A stretch of DNA of 64,000 nucleotides from Firmicutes bacterium UBA4881 (GCA_002399235.1 DHDH01000040.1:18592-82591); one strand, 5' to 3'. Positions 10,604-20,727 are shown, counted from the first letter of the stretch. The notes: generated by a model from the sequence alone, not told the origin. Made by a program: numbers and translations.

Positions 10604-11293
10604 ATGCAATACTTAATGCGAACAGGTCTGGTCCTTGGTGAGGAAGCCTTAACAAGAATCAGGCAAAGTCGTGTAATTGTCTGTGGCTTAGGTGGCGTAG
10701 GTGGAGCAGCCGCAGAAGCTTTAGCGCGTAGCGGGATTGGCCATTTGAAGCTCATAGATGGAGATATAGTCGAACCGACTAACCTAAACCGTCAATTAGT
10801 GGCTCTCCAATCTACTATTGGTCAAGATAAATGTTTAGCAATGGCTACTAGGCTAAAAGAAGCTGCCCCTTTGACACAGGTGGAAGCGGTTAAGGTTATG
10901 CTTACCCCATTAAACCTAGTAGAGTACATTAAAGATACAGACTATGTTGTCGATTGTATTGATGATCTAAACGCTAAAACTGCATTAATTGTTTATTGTC
11001 TTAAAAACCAAATTCCCATTGTATCTTCGATGGGAGCTGGTGGTAGAGTAGATCCTACCCTTATTAGAAAAGGCGATATTTCTGAAACAAATACAGATCC
11101 CTTAGCTAAGGTAATGCGACATAGATTAAAAGAGCAAGGTATAGAAAAAGGCCTAAAAGTTGTTTATTCTTTAGAAAAACCAGTAAAAGCCAAGGAAGTT
11201 GCTGGTAAAATTACAATTGGTAGTACTGCTTTTGTTCCACCTGCTACAGGGCTTGCCTTAGCGTCACTGGTAATATTGGATTTAATAAAGTAA
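10604..11293 (+). CDS. tcdA: tRNA threonylcarbamoyladenosine dehydratase (ThiF/E1-like, YrvM/TcdA)
   Basis: ATG 10604 lies after AGGAGGG. Rossmann motif VCGLGGVGG. About 229 aa. The longer ORF from 10559 would run through the 6S terminator. Confidence 0.8.
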   Translation: MQYLMRTGLVLGEEALTRIRQSRVIVCGLGGVGGAAAEALARSGIGHLKLIDGDIVEPTNLNRQLVALQSTIGQDKCLAMATRLKEAAPLTQVEAVKVMLTPLNLVEYIKDTDYVVDCIDDLNAKTALIVYCLKNQIPIVSSMGAGGRVDPTLIRKGDISETNTDPLAKVMRHRLKEQGIEKGLKVVYSLEKPVKAKEVAGKITIGSTAFVPPATGLALASLVILDLIK

Positions 11294-11348
11294 TAAATAA
11301 AAAAACGTCAAGTAACGTGCGAAGGCTTGAGGACTAGTGTGCGAGAGA

Positions 11349-11393
11349 AAGTAGCCTTAGTTTTCCTCTAGGAAAACCAAGGCTACTTTTTTA
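11349..11393 (+). terminator. Intrinsic terminator after tcdA
   Basis: AGTAGCCTT...AAGGCTACT stem enclosing a second small hairpin, followed by TTTTTT. Confidence 0.8.
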
Positions 11394-11407
11394 TCTCATT
11401 TTCAACA

Positions 11408-11436
11408 TTGACTATAATTCTAATTTGTCCCATAAT
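11408..11436 (+). promoter_or_regulatory. Sigma-A-type promoter
   Basis: TTGACT (11408-11413), 17-nt spacer, CATAAT (11431-11436). Confidence 0.55.
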
Positions 11437-11442
11437 CAGTTC

Positions 11443-11507
11443 TCGTAAGGCTTTTTACGAAGGATTTTGCAGTTATGGGCAAGTTTCCTCTGCGATCCTC
11501 TTTTTTC
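11443..11507 (+). promoter_or_regulatory. Leader hairpins ending in a terminator-like structure upstream of the symporter gene (attenuator or short sRNA)
   Basis: TCGTAA-ggcttt-TTACGA, then GAAGGATTTTGCAG...CTGCGATCCTC followed by TTTTTT at 11501-11506. This lies about 105 nt before the start codon. Confidence 0.4.
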
Positions 11508-11613
11508 GTACCACAAAGGAGAGATATTTATTAAGGTTGTACGTTTTGCAAAAAAGGTCAAAGTGTTCTTTCAGTACAGTTAGGGATTTAATAAAAGGAG
11601 GACGGTCGTTTGA

Positions 11614-13116
11614 ATGAACAACATCTGGGTGATCGGTGGAATTACAGTCTACATGTTAGGAATGCTCTACATAGGGTGGAGAACTAGTAAAAACGTTAAA
11701 AACTCTGAAGACTTTATTGTAGCAGGCAGGAGGTTACCTCTTGGTCTTACAGTCGCTACCTTATTTGCTACCTGGTTTGGTGGTGGCACCTCAATGGGTG
11801 CTGCTGGCGAAGCTTATCAGAATGGATTTTTAGGGGCAATTGCAGACCCCTTTGGTGCTGGCCTTTGTCTCATATTAGGTGGCTTATTCTTTGTACGTAC
11901 TATGAGACGTATGAAACTATTATCTATATCTGATTTCTTTGCTATTAAATATGGTAAAATGAATGAATTGCTAGCATCGGTTATTACTATTCCTGCATTT
12001 GTAGGCTGGGTAGCTGCCGAACTTGTTGCACTCGGTTTTATTGTTCATTCAGTAACAGGTCTAACTCCAACCTGGGCTATTATAATCTCTGCACTTGTGG
12101 TTTTGTTCTATACCTACCAAGGTGGTATGTGGGCAGTAACCATCACAGACTTTGTGCAGATGATCATTTTAGTTGCTGGCTTGTTATTTATTTTTCCCAT
12201 AGTTTTACACGACGTAGGGGGATTATCTACTCTTCAAACACAAATCCCCAATGATATGTTTTATTTCTTTCCACGTAGCACTAAACCAATGGATTGGTTA
12301 TTCTATCTACAAGCATGGCTAATTGTAGGCTTTGGCTCTATTCCTGGACAAGATTTGATGCAACGTGCACTTTCGAGTAAAGACGAAGCTACAGCTCAAA
12401 ATGCTTCCTATATTTCTGGTATCGCCTACATTCTGCTTGGTATAATTCCAGTTACACTAGGGATTATTGGCAGACTTGTAGTTCCTAATATCGGTAACTC
12501 GGAAATGATTCTGGTGGTTTTAGCGCAAAAATATCTTCCTAATTTCGGTATTGCTTTATTTGTGGGTGCTTTATTATCAGCTATCATGTCTTCTTGTGAT
12601 AGCGCTATATTAGCCCCAGCAAGTATTATTACAAGAAATATTGCTCCTCATTTTAAGAAACTCGATTCGAAGCAGGAACTAGTTGTCGCTAGATATGCTA
12701 CATTAGGGATCACCATCTTGTCATTAATAATTGCTTTAAAGTTTCAAAATATCTATGACCTAATGGTAAGTTCTTGGGCCTTCCTATTAGTTGGCTGTTT
12801 TGTTCCTTTAATGTTTGGTATTTGGAGCAAAAAAGCCAATACACCTGCAGCGACAGCATCTTCACTTTCCGGTTTTACAGCTTGGATTATAGCTTCTGTT
12901 GTATCACCTAATACACCAAATGAACTTATTGGTTTAGCTGTAAGTTTTGTAGTTTTTGTAGCTGTAATGCTACTTACCTATAAAAAGGTGGCACCAAGAC
13001 CTCTTGTCGATATCTATGGTCAATCTATTGACCTTAAATGGAGAGGTCCTATCCAAAAAGGTTATTATGAACCATCACTAGATCCTGTTGTAGAAAAGCT
13101 AACAGCAAGAGAGTAA
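11614..13116 (+). CDS. Sodium:solute symporter (SSS) family transporter
   Basis: 500 aa with about 13 hydrophobic segments. N-terminal pattern EDFIVAGRRLP...ATWFGGG is typical of SSS/PutP/PanF-like carriers. Confidence 0.85.
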   Translation: MNNIWVIGGITVYMLGMLYIGWRTSKNVKNSEDFIVAGRRLPLGLTVATLFATWFGGGTSMGAAGEAYQNGFLGAIADPFGAGLCLILGGLFFVRTMRRMKLLSISDFFAIKYGKMNELLASVITIPAFVGWVAAELVALGFIVHSVTGLTPTWAIIISALVVLFYTYQGGMWAVTITDFVQMIILVAGLLFIFPIVLHDVGGLSTLQTQIPNDMFYFFPRSTKPMDWLFYLQAWLIVGFGSIPGQDLMQRALSSKDEATAQNASYISGIAYILLGIIPVTLGIIGRLVVPNIGNSEMILVVLAQKYLPNFGIALFVGALLSAIMSSCDSAILAPASIITRNIAPHFKKLDSKQELVVARYATLGITILSLIIALKFQNIYDLMVSSWAFLLVGCFVPLMFGIWSKKANTPAATASSLSGFTAWIIASVVSPNTPNELIGLAVSFVVFVAVMLLTYKKVAPRPLVDIYGQSIDLKWRGPIQKGYYEPSLDPVVEKLTARE

Positions 13117-13120
13117 ATTA

Positions 13121-13155
13121 AATACCCCTAAAGAGAAAATCTCTTTAGGGGTATT
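13121..13155. terminator. Bidirectional terminator between convergent genes
   Basis: AATACCCCTAAAGAG-aaaat-CTCTTTAGGGGTATT, a perfect 15-bp stem. Confidence 0.8.
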
Positions 13156-13158
13156 CCT

Positions 13159-14217
13159 TTATCTACAGACAAAAGACCAGCCATAAGTGTAGGTACGCTT
13201 ATCGCTGCCTAATATCTTTATCGTTAGATTATGATGTCCATAACCAAGATCAGGGGTTTCTACTACAATTCGCTGCTTTTGTTGATCAAATTTAGCATCA
13301 AGGACCTGGTTTTCTAGATCAGCATATACTTCAATAACATTTAATTCGGGAGGGAGTTCAACATCAGCTATAACTTTAACTGGTCGATAATTAATTACTT
13401 GAGCTTGGGATGGAACAGTACGTGTTACATTAAGTGGAGCACTTGCAACCTTACGGGCAAAATCTTCTAATGTATCTTTAGCATAGAGCATATGGCGTTT
13501 GAGTCTATAGGGGTTAGGAGTAAGGGTATTAGGCCCTTCTTCGATAAGGAAACATGAAGTAAAACCGACTTCTTTAGCCCAAGACTCAATTTCGTCTGTG
13601 TAAGCTCCATAAGGGTAAGCAAGGCCAGTTACAGGAGTACCTAAAAGTTTTTCTAGACGTTCTTTGTTATCTTTCATCTCCCAGACAGCACCACTTTTAT
13701 TACTTCGAGAAAATTGGCTTAAATCAGCGTGAGATATAGTGTGTGCTTGAATACTCCAACCTAATTTTTGTAATTCTTGGAGTTCGGAAACAGTTAAACC
13801 GCCTGGACTAGGAGAATTTTTAATTCGTTCGGAGTAGATAAAAAGTGTTGCTGGTAGATTATATTTAGCGAGAATTGGTGCGGCATTAGTAAGAGTTTCT
13901 TTATACCCATCGTCAAAGGTAATCAACACAGGTTTTTCTGGTAAAGTGTTCTTACCTTCTAAAAAACCTGTAAAGGTATTAAAATCGATTACATTATACT
14001 GGGTAGCCTTTAGCCATTGCAGGTGATTCTCAAATGTAGAAGTTGAGATATCGATAAAAGAAGGACCATTATCAATAATTCGGTGATAGGCCAGAATTGT
14101 GATGGTTGGAACTTGGCTTTCGGGAACAGATAAGGCCTCTAACTCGTTTTCGCAACCTACTAAGAAGATGGTCACAAAGAGAAAAATAACCAGAAAAACT
14201 TTCAGGTATCTTTTCAT
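13159..14217 (-). CDS. Polysaccharide deacetylase (NodB domain) lipoprotein with C-terminal beta-rich domain
   Basis: Lipobox FLVGC. NodB motifs ITFDDGYKE and AHTISHADL. Confidence 0.85.
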   Translation of the reverse strand: MKRYLKVFLVIFLFVTIFLVGCENELEALSVPESQVPTITILAYHRIIDNGPSFIDISTSTFENHLQWLKATQYNVIDFNTFTGFLEGKNTLPEKPVLITFDDGYKETLTNAAPILAKYNLPATLFIYSERIKNSPSPGGLTVSELQELQKLGWSIQAHTISHADLSQFSRSNKSGAVWEMKDNKERLEKLLGTPVTGLAYPYGAYTDEIESWAKEVGFTSCFLIEEGPNTLTPNPYRLKRHMLYAKDTLEDFARKVASAPLNVTRTVPSQAQVINYRPVKVIADVELPPELNVIEVYADLENQVLDAKFDQQKQRIVVETPDLGYGHHNLTIKILGSDKRTYTYGWSFVCR

Positions 14218-14241
14218 AAAATGCCCCCCTAAATATTAGAC

Positions 14242-15186
14242 TTATGGTTTAAGATGTTTAAGAGCAAATTCCATAGCTGCTCTAGTATAATTTTCGCCAC
14301 CACCATCATGACCACTAAAAGGAAATACAAGAATCTCTTTAGGTGCCAAGATGCGATTATAAGCCGCAAAGATACCTTTAGGCAGACAGACGGTGTCCTG
14401 CATACCGACAGACACTAGAACTGGACATTTTATTGCAGGAGCTAAATTGACATTATCAAAGTAACTGAGTGTTTTAAAGAAAGCTGGGGCTTTATCGGGA
14501 TAAAGTCTTAAATACTCGATAACTTCTTTAAGAGAACTTGTTGAATAAAGTACACCTTGTTCCATTAGGCACATATTAGGGACAGCCGCTACAGCAAGAG
14601 CAATATGCTCACTAAGAGCTGCAGTGGCTAAGGTTAGCCCACCACCTTGGGAGCCACCTTGAAGCATTATCCGCTTGGGATCGACATCAGGAAGACTTCG
14701 AGCTAGGTCCACCATACGTAGGGCATCAACAATTAAGCGACGATAATAACATTGGTAGGGGTTGTCTAGGCCTTGGGTAACCCATCCAGGTACATGGCCT
14801 CCTTCATAACCGCTATCCCCACTAGCGCCTACTTGACCTCTAAGGTCAAAGGCAAGTACACCTATACCGTTTAGCAGGTAGGAAGCAAAACTGCTAGGAG
14901 AAGAAGCATACCCTCTGTAACCATGGAAAAAAAGACATAAAGGGTAGGTCTTCTGGTCATTTTCTGGTAAAAGGTACCAACCTGAAAGAGGAGTGTCATC
15001 ATATCCTTTTAAGGTAACCTTAAAGATCCTTGCTTTCAGTGGATAGCTTACGGCTTCCATAGTGAATTCTAATTTTTCTTTAGCGAGTTCTTTAGTTTGG
15101 GTCCAAAAAGAGTCAAAATCATCTGGTTTGTAGATCTGAGGATTATAATCGTAGAGATCACTTGCCAGTTTTTCATAAAGAAACAT
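14242..15186 (-). CDS. CE7 acetyl xylan esterase / cephalosporin-C deacetylase family
   Basis: GGSQGG nucleophile elbow, LRGQ motif, C-terminal HDGG. 314 aa. Confidence 0.85.
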   Translation of the reverse strand: MFLYEKLASDLYDYNPQIYKPDDFDSFWTQTKELAKEKLEFTMEAVSYPLKARIFKVTLKGYDDTPLSGWYLLPENDQKTYPLCLFFHGYRGYASSPSSFASYLLNGIGVLAFDLRGQVGASGDSGYEGGHVPGWVTQGLDNPYQCYYRRLIVDALRMVDLARSLPDVDPKRIMLQGGSQGGGLTLATAALSEHIALAVAAVPNMCLMEQGVLYSTSSLKEVIEYLRLYPDKAPAFFKTLSYFDNVNLAPAIKCPVLVSVGMQDTVCLPKGIFAAYNRILAPKEILVFPFSGHDGGGENYTRAAMEFALKHLKP

Positions 15187-15290
15187 TGCGATACCTCCCC
15201 AAAAGGAATAAAAGTAATTTAATCAAAAAAGCTTATACTTTACCCTATACTAAGTTGGCTTGAAAAGCCCTGCACGAAATGTAAAGTTAT

Positions 15291-15328
15291 AAAAAAAGAC
15301 CAGACACTAAGTCTGGCCTCAAAAAAAA
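15291..15328 (-). terminator. Intrinsic terminator downstream of the beta-propeller gene
   Basis: Minus strand reads GAGGCCAGAC-ttagt-GTCTGGTC followed by TTTTTTT. Confidence 0.7.
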
Positions 15329-15332
15329 TCTG

Positions 15333-16202
15333 TTACTTTTTATAACTTCTTAAAACGCCACCAATATTGGTCTTTTCTTCGACAAGGAATAATTTTGACC
15401 CATCCTTATTAACTGCGATACCACCAATGTTGGAGGTGATGCCTAGTTCAGAACGGGTTAGTTCTGTAACCTTGCCATTTTCCCAAATAGAAACAGCTAC
15501 ACTGCCATCGTTATAATGAGCTACATAGATTCTGCCAGCATCGTCAGCTGCAGTAGCAAAACCACCACTAGCGAGGCTAGCTAGTTTAGTAACCTTACCA
15601 GAAGCCACATCAATTTTATATAGGGTAGAAGAACCAGTGTCAACTGCATAAATGCTATTTCCTTTTAAGTAAGGAAGACGTACAGGTCCAATATCAGCCC
15701 AACCGGTGTTGCCCCATTTTTCGTCTAGTTCAGGTTCGCCTTTACTTATTTTAATCTTATAAATACCACCGTTACCGGAACGGTCAGCTGCATAGATGTT
15801 ACCGTCTTTATCAGCGACAACACCTTCACAGTCGGTAATACCAAAACCACTGATATCAAAAGTATCCATATGGAAAAGATCACGATCGAGAAGGAAAACT
15901 TCTAAAACATCACTACCGGGAGCAAAAACTTCGCCTTTTTCATTGGCGAAAACCGCTTTCGCATAAGCACTTGCGTTTATTTCAGTGAGTTTAGCTTCGC
16001 AAACTACATCGCCAGATTTGGTATCAATTGCTAAGATTGTTCTATCTAGTAAAGCGCCCACATAGATAGTTTTTTCATCTGGACTTAGTGATGCTCCACG
16101 TGCGGTCTCACCAATTGGTATCTCTAAGTCGTCTTTGAACGCCAACACAGGAACCGTTGCCACAAGTAGAAAAGCTAAAAATGCTAACGTGAACCTTTTC
16201 AT
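15333..16202 (-). CDS. Secreted beta-propeller repeat protein (NHL/YVTN-like)
   Basis: ATG 16202 lies 7 nt after GGAGGG. Signal peptide MKRFTLAFLAFLLVATVPVLA. Repeated IYV/IYA...D...G strands. Confidence 0.6.
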   Translation of the reverse strand: MKRFTLAFLAFLLVATVPVLAFKDDLEIPIGETARGASLSPDEKTIYVGALLDRTILAIDTKSGDVVCEAKLTEINASAYAKAVFANEKGEVFAPGSDVLEVFLLDRDLFHMDTFDISGFGITDCEGVVADKDGNIYAADRSGNGGIYKIKISKGEPELDEKWGNTGWADIGPVRLPYLKGNSIYAVDTGSSTLYKIDVASGKVTKLASLASGGFATAADDAGRIYVAHYNDGSVAVSIWENGKVTELTRSELGITSNIGGIAVNKDGSKLFLVEEKTNIGGVLRSYKK

Positions 16203-17114
16203 GTTTTCTCCCTCCAAGTCATACCTAAATTGTTAAGGTTCTGTTAAGAAGTTCTTTCCTTAGATTACTTTTCCTGCAAAGAATATTAATAATCATAGTA
16301 ATAACTAGCACTTAGAAATATCTTAATCTCGCCACTAATATATTGGCAAGCATTTTTGTCTTGCTAACGAAATATAAGAAATTTACTTTGCTTAGGAGAT
16401 TTCTGTACAGTTGGTAGCGAAAATGATAGTTTTTCAGCAATTCTAAAGTTATTGAAGCAGTGGATTCTAGGAAAAACAACATAGCGAAACAAGAAAGTTG
16501 CAAGGAAAGGAAAATATGTGTCAAATTCAACGTTTGCGGGATTTATAATTTGGCTAAAGGCAGAGAAAAACTAATAATTTCTTTGGTGGTAGAGATTGCT
16601 AGCTAAATACAACCAAAGTAATTTTGGTACAAACTTAGGAAATTATCCTAAAATCTAGAGCTAATTAAGTTAAGCATATATTTAAGGGCCGGTAGTATTT
16701 TTTACTACTGGCCCTTAAATAGTTAAAGCTCGGGGGTATAGTTTTTATTAGCTGCTAACTTTGGGAAGGAGAAGTAGCAGATTAGAAAGATCACGTTGGT
16801 AAAAAGTTAGTTTATTGTTAATCATAGCCTGCAGGAAAGGCAGGTCTAGTTATAAAAACTAAGAAGGGGAGATTATCTCAAAGGATAAGACAACTAGTTT
16901 ATGATGATACCTAAGAAGACAAAAGTACTTGTTCTTATCATAGTAGTTAGGAGCAATTTCCCCAGTCAGATTACTTCTTGTTATATTAATTAAGACCAAT
17001 TAGTCCCTTTCGGGTTACTTTTTTGAAAATATTGTTTCTTAAGTAGTAGTCAAGTGATAAGATAAAAGAAAGAATGAAAAGCTCTGCTTGCTAAACTTGC
17101 TAGGGGGTGTAGAT

Positions 17115-17927
17115 ATGGCAAACTTAATAAATAATTTTGGCATCCTAGATATAATTGATATATTAATTGTGGCAGCAGTGATCTACCGTACGATGCTGTT
17201 TATTAAAGGTACAAGGGCAGTTTCCTTAATTAAAGGCGTGGCAATTATTTTTCTAGCAAGTATAGCAAGCCGTTTAGTAGGTTTTAAAACAGTTAATTGG
17301 TTAATTCAACAATTAGTTACCTTATTTATGGTAGCATTGCCAATTGTCTTTTATCCAGAATTACGTAAGACCTTAGAGCAATTAGGTCGAGGGAACTTCT
17401 TCCAAAAAGATGATCGGTTTTCAATTTTTGAGCGGGGACAATCACAAAAAGCCGTTGGTGAGCTAGTACGAGCTGCAGAAAAGTTTTCGGAAAAAGGTAT
17501 TGGTGCTTTAATTGTTCTCAAACGTGAAAGTGGTTTAATGGAATATGTGGAAACAGGTACTCTTTTAGATGCCATTGTTAGTGGAGCACTACTAGAAACT
17601 ATTTTCTTTCCTAACACTAGTTTACATGATGGCGCAGTAATTATAGAAGGAGATCGTGTGGTAGCTGCAGGATGTTTGTTGCCACTTTCAGATAATCTTG
17701 ACCTATCTAGAGAACTAGGTACTCGTCACCGTGCTGCTGTTGGTCTTTCTGAGATATCAGATGCTTTAGTTGTTGTTGTATCTGAGGAGACTGGTACTAT
17801 ATCGTTAGCTGAGGATGGTAAGCTACAACGCTATTTAACTCCTAAACAATTGCAAGAGAAACTACTTTCTAACCACCAAACTGTTGAAAAGTTTTGGCCT
17901 TTTGCACGGGGAGGGAAAGAAGCGTGA
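17115..17927 (+). CDS. cdaA: Diadenylate cyclase CdaA
   Basis: Three N-terminal TM segments. DAC motifs LHDGAVII and GTRHRAAVG. ATG 17115 lies after GGGGGTG. Confidence 0.93.
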   Translation: MANLINNFGILDIIDILIVAAVIYRTMLFIKGTRAVSLIKGVAIIFLASIASRLVGFKTVNWLIQQLVTLFMVALPIVFYPELRKTLEQLGRGNFFQKDDRFSIFERGQSQKAVGELVRAAEKFSEKGIGALIVLKRESGLMEYVETGTLLDAIVSGALLETIFFPNTSLHDGAVIIEGDRVVAAGCLLPLSDNLDLSRELGTRHRAAVGLSEISDALVVVVSEETGTISLAEDGKLQRYLTPKQLQEKLLSNHQTVEKFWPFARGGKEA

Positions 17928-18847
17928 AATTACGTATTAATAACAGGGATATCTATCTGAGAGGTCTAGCACTTTTAATTGCTGTGATCTTTTGGATCTT
18001 TGCTCAGCAAGATATGCAGGTGCCAATAATTAAGGAGAATGAGCATTACCAAAAGATTATGAAACCCGTTGTTTTTGCGAATATAGATCCTGATGTTTTA
18101 GTTACTTCACCAGCTCCAGAAATCTTTTTAGAGATATCGGGACCTTTTTGGCAACTGAATCAAAAACAAGATGAGATTGTTGTTGTTGCTGATCTTGAAC
18201 GAAAAGGGCCGGGACGTCATACTGTGAAGATTGAGGTAAGAGTTCCGGAAGGATTAAAGATAGATCAATATTATCCTGATAAAGTCGATGTAAAGTTAGA
18301 GAAAAAGGAGACTAGGAAGCTGAAGGTAGAGCCAGTTTTGTTGGGTACCTTACCAGTTGATTTAGCTATTTCTACAATTGATATAGTTCCTCAGCAAGTT
18401 GTAATTACAGGCCCCCAATCATATATCAGCCAAGCAGATAAAGCTTTCGTTGCTTTAGATCTGACTAGTCCACGGGCAGGTAAATATAAGCAGAATCTTA
18501 AAATACAAATAAAAACACATGATCAAAAGACTTTAGAAGGTTTAGCTTTAGAACCACAACTTGCTAAGGTAGAGTGGGATATAATAAAACAAGAAGGTAT
18601 AAGAGTGCCTGTTAAAGTGGTTATGAAGAAAAAAGAGGATAATTTAAATATAACCGTAAACCCACAGGAGGTACTTGTTTTTAGTAATAAGACTGATATT
18701 AAAGCGATTTTAACAGAACCTGTTTCTTATGATAAATTACCTTATCAAGGTGAAATAGCTCTAGTTAAACCTAAGGATGCAGAGATATGGCCTACATCTG
18801 TAAAAGTAAGTATTGAAAAAAATCACAATAATCAGGAGGCGAGGTAA
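17924..18847 (+). CDS. cdaR: CdaA regulatory protein CdaR (YbbR-domain protein)
   Basis: GTG 17924 overlaps the cdaA stop (GTGA) and lies 8 nt after GGAGGG. TM anchor plus repeated YbbR-like beta domains. Conserved cdaA-cdaR-glmM order. Confidence 0.8.
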   Translation: MKLRINNRDIYLRGLALLIAVIFWIFAQQDMQVPIIKENEHYQKIMKPVVFANIDPDVLVTSPAPEIFLEISGPFWQLNQKQDEIVVVADLERKGPGRHTVKIEVRVPEGLKIDQYYPDKVDVKLEKKETRKLKVEPVLLGTLPVDLAISTIDIVPQQVVITGPQSYISQADKAFVALDLTSPRAGKYKQNLKIQIKTHDQKTLEGLALEPQLAKVEWDIIKQEGIRVPVKVVMKKKEDNLNITVNPQEVLVFSNKTDIKAILTEPVSYDKLPYQGEIALVKPKDAEIWPTSVKVSIEKNHNNQEAR

Positions 18848-18850
18848 AAC

Positions 18851-20209
18851 ATGTCCAGGCTTTTTGGAACCGATGGAGTTCGTGGGATCGCCAATCAAGA
18901 ACTTACTATAGAACTTGTTATGAGGCTTGGTCGTGTGGCAGGCTTTCTCGCCACAAAAGAAGGACGAGGGAAAGTATTAGTTGGTAGAGATACAAGATTA
19001 TCAGGAGAAATGTTAGCTGCTGCATTAATAGCTGGGATTACTAGCTCAGGAGCCGATGTTTACGATTTAGGCGTTATTCCTACTCCAGGGGTTGCTTATT
19101 TGTGTCGTAGTTTAGAAGCTGATCTTGGAGCAGTAATCTCAGCTTCACATAATCCTTTTGACGACAATGGTGTTAAGTTTTTTGGTAGTGATGGCTATAA
19201 ATTAACTGATGTAGAAGAAGATCGTATTGCTAGTTATATAGTCGATAGTAAGGGTTCATCTATTGAAGATACTTTGCCACATCCTGTGGCAGAGAAAATT
19301 GGTCGAGTGCGTAAAATCGATGATGCTTGGCAGATGTATGCTGATTTTGTTAAATCAACAGCTAATTTTTCTTTAGAAGGATATAAGATTGCTTTAGACT
19401 GTGCCAATGGTGCCGCCTACCTTGCTGCACCCAACGTACTAGAGAGTTTAGGCGCAGAAGTGATATTATTAAATGCAGATCCTAATGGTAAAAATATTAA
19501 CCAAAGTTGTGGTTCAACACATCCTGATCAACTGAAAGAAGCTGTAATTAGAAGTGGTGCTCAAGTAGGTATTGCTCACGATGGTGATGCTGATAGAGTG
19601 ATCTTTGTCGACGAAAAAGGTGAAATAGTTGATGGAGACCATCTAATGGCTATTGTAGCTTTAGATCTTATGGAGAGAAATGAATTACCCAACAAAGGTA
19701 TTGCAGCTACTATATATTCCAATCTAGGTTTAAAAGATGTCTTAAGTAAACATGGTGGTACAGTTCATATCACCGATAACGGTGATCGCTATGTCTTACA
19801 AGAAATGTTAAAAAGTGGTCTAATATTAGGTGGAGAGCAATCAGGCCATATCATCTTTCTTAACTATAATTCAACAGGTGATGGGCTGATCTCCGCAATA
19901 CGCTTATTAGAAGTGATTGTGAGAAAGAGAAAACCACTTTCGGAATTAACTGCACAAATGTTTACTTTTCCGCAACTCCTTGTTAACGTTCGAGTTAAAG
20001 ATAAAATACTAGTTATGGAATCTGAACTAGTTAAGCAGGCCATTAAAAAGGCCACTGAAGAACTAGGCAAAGAAGGGCGTATCTTTGTCCGGCCTTCAGG
20101 CACAGAATCTCTCATAAGGGTAATGGGCGAGGCGAGAGATAGTGGTATGGTACGTAAGATAGTTAACGAAGTTGCGGCAGCGATAGCTTCGGTTGATAAA
20201 GATAATTAA
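18851..20209 (+). CDS. glmM: Phosphoglucosamine mutase
   Basis: MSRLFGTDGVRG and SASHNPFDDNG phosphoserine loop. 452 aa. Confidence 0.95.
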   Translation: MSRLFGTDGVRGIANQELTIELVMRLGRVAGFLATKEGRGKVLVGRDTRLSGEMLAAALIAGITSSGADVYDLGVIPTPGVAYLCRSLEADLGAVISASHNPFDDNGVKFFGSDGYKLTDVEEDRIASYIVDSKGSSIEDTLPHPVAEKIGRVRKIDDAWQMYADFVKSTANFSLEGYKIALDCANGAAYLAAPNVLESLGAEVILLNADPNGKNINQSCGSTHPDQLKEAVIRSGAQVGIAHDGDADRVIFVDEKGEIVDGDHLMAIVALDLMERNELPNKGIAATIYSNLGLKDVLSKHGGTVHITDNGDRYVLQEMLKSGLILGGEQSGHIIFLNYNSTGDGLISAIRLLEVIVRKRKPLSELTAQMFTFPQLLVNVRVKDKILVMESELVKQAIKKATEELGKEGRIFVRPSGTESLIRVMGEARDSGMVRKIVNEVAAAIASVDKDN

Positions 20210-20212
20210 ATT

Positions 20213-20252
20213 AAACTAGCAGGCAAGAAATATTCATGCCTGCTAGTTTTGG
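20213..20252 (+). terminator. Intrinsic terminator after glmM
   Basis: AAACTAGCAGGCA-agaaatattc-TGCCTGCTAGTTT followed by TGG. Confidence 0.7.
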
Positions 20253-20346
20253 CATTGATAATAGTTATATTGCAAAGGACAAAAAGAATACAAAAGAGAA
20301 CTATTAATAGACTTAAGTAACTTGTGAAAAAGGTAGGTGAGAGGCC

Positions 20347-20727
20347 ATGGCTATCCTTGGCCTCGGCATAGATTTAGTTGAACTAGACCATTTTCAAAAA
20401 AAATTAAGTAAACGATTTTTGACTAGAGTATATGCAGAGGAAGAATTAGCATATTGCTTACAAAAAAAAGATGCCACTCCCTCATTAGCAGCTCGTTTTG
20501 CAGCTAAAGAAGCAGTAATTAAAGCATTTGCCTGGAGATTGTTTAGTCAAAGTTTAAAAGATATAGTGGTTATTAAAGAAGAAAATCTACCACCTCGAAT
20601 CGAATTAAGAGGTAAAGCTCTGGAAAACGCTAGTAAATTAGGTAACTATAAGATATTTGTTAGTCTAACACATACAGAGAAATTAGCTATGGCTGAAGTT
20701 ATTGTTGCAGGTGGTGAGGTAGAGTGA
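20347..20727 (+). CDS. acpS: Holo-[acyl-carrier-protein] synthase
   Basis: 126 aa. Contains GIDLVEL and AARFAAKEAV motifs. Confidence 0.9.
   Translation: MAILGLGIDLVELDHFQKKLSKRFLTRVYAEEELAYCLQKKDATPSLAARFAAKEAVIKAFAWRLFSQSLKDIVVIKEENLPPRIELRGKALENASKLGNYKIFVSLTHTEKLAMAEVIVAGGEVE

Noticed and set aside
10394-10755. Two minus-strand ORFs (71 and 76 aa), and the 5' extension of tcdA from 10559
   Set aside because: They overlap the GC-rich 6S RNA candidate and its terminator. tcdA has a clean AGGAGGG-ATG start at 10604.
11408-11617. 69-aa ORF upstream of the symporter
   Set aside because: It starts inside the predicted -35 box (alternative start codon), has no SD, and runs through two hairpins and a T-tract. 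It is better explained as promoter plus leader.
16312-16530. 72-aa minus-strand ORF in the long spacer upstream of cdaA
   Set aside because: TTG start, no SD, Leu/Phe-rich low-complexity sequence. Retained only as part of the spacer finding.
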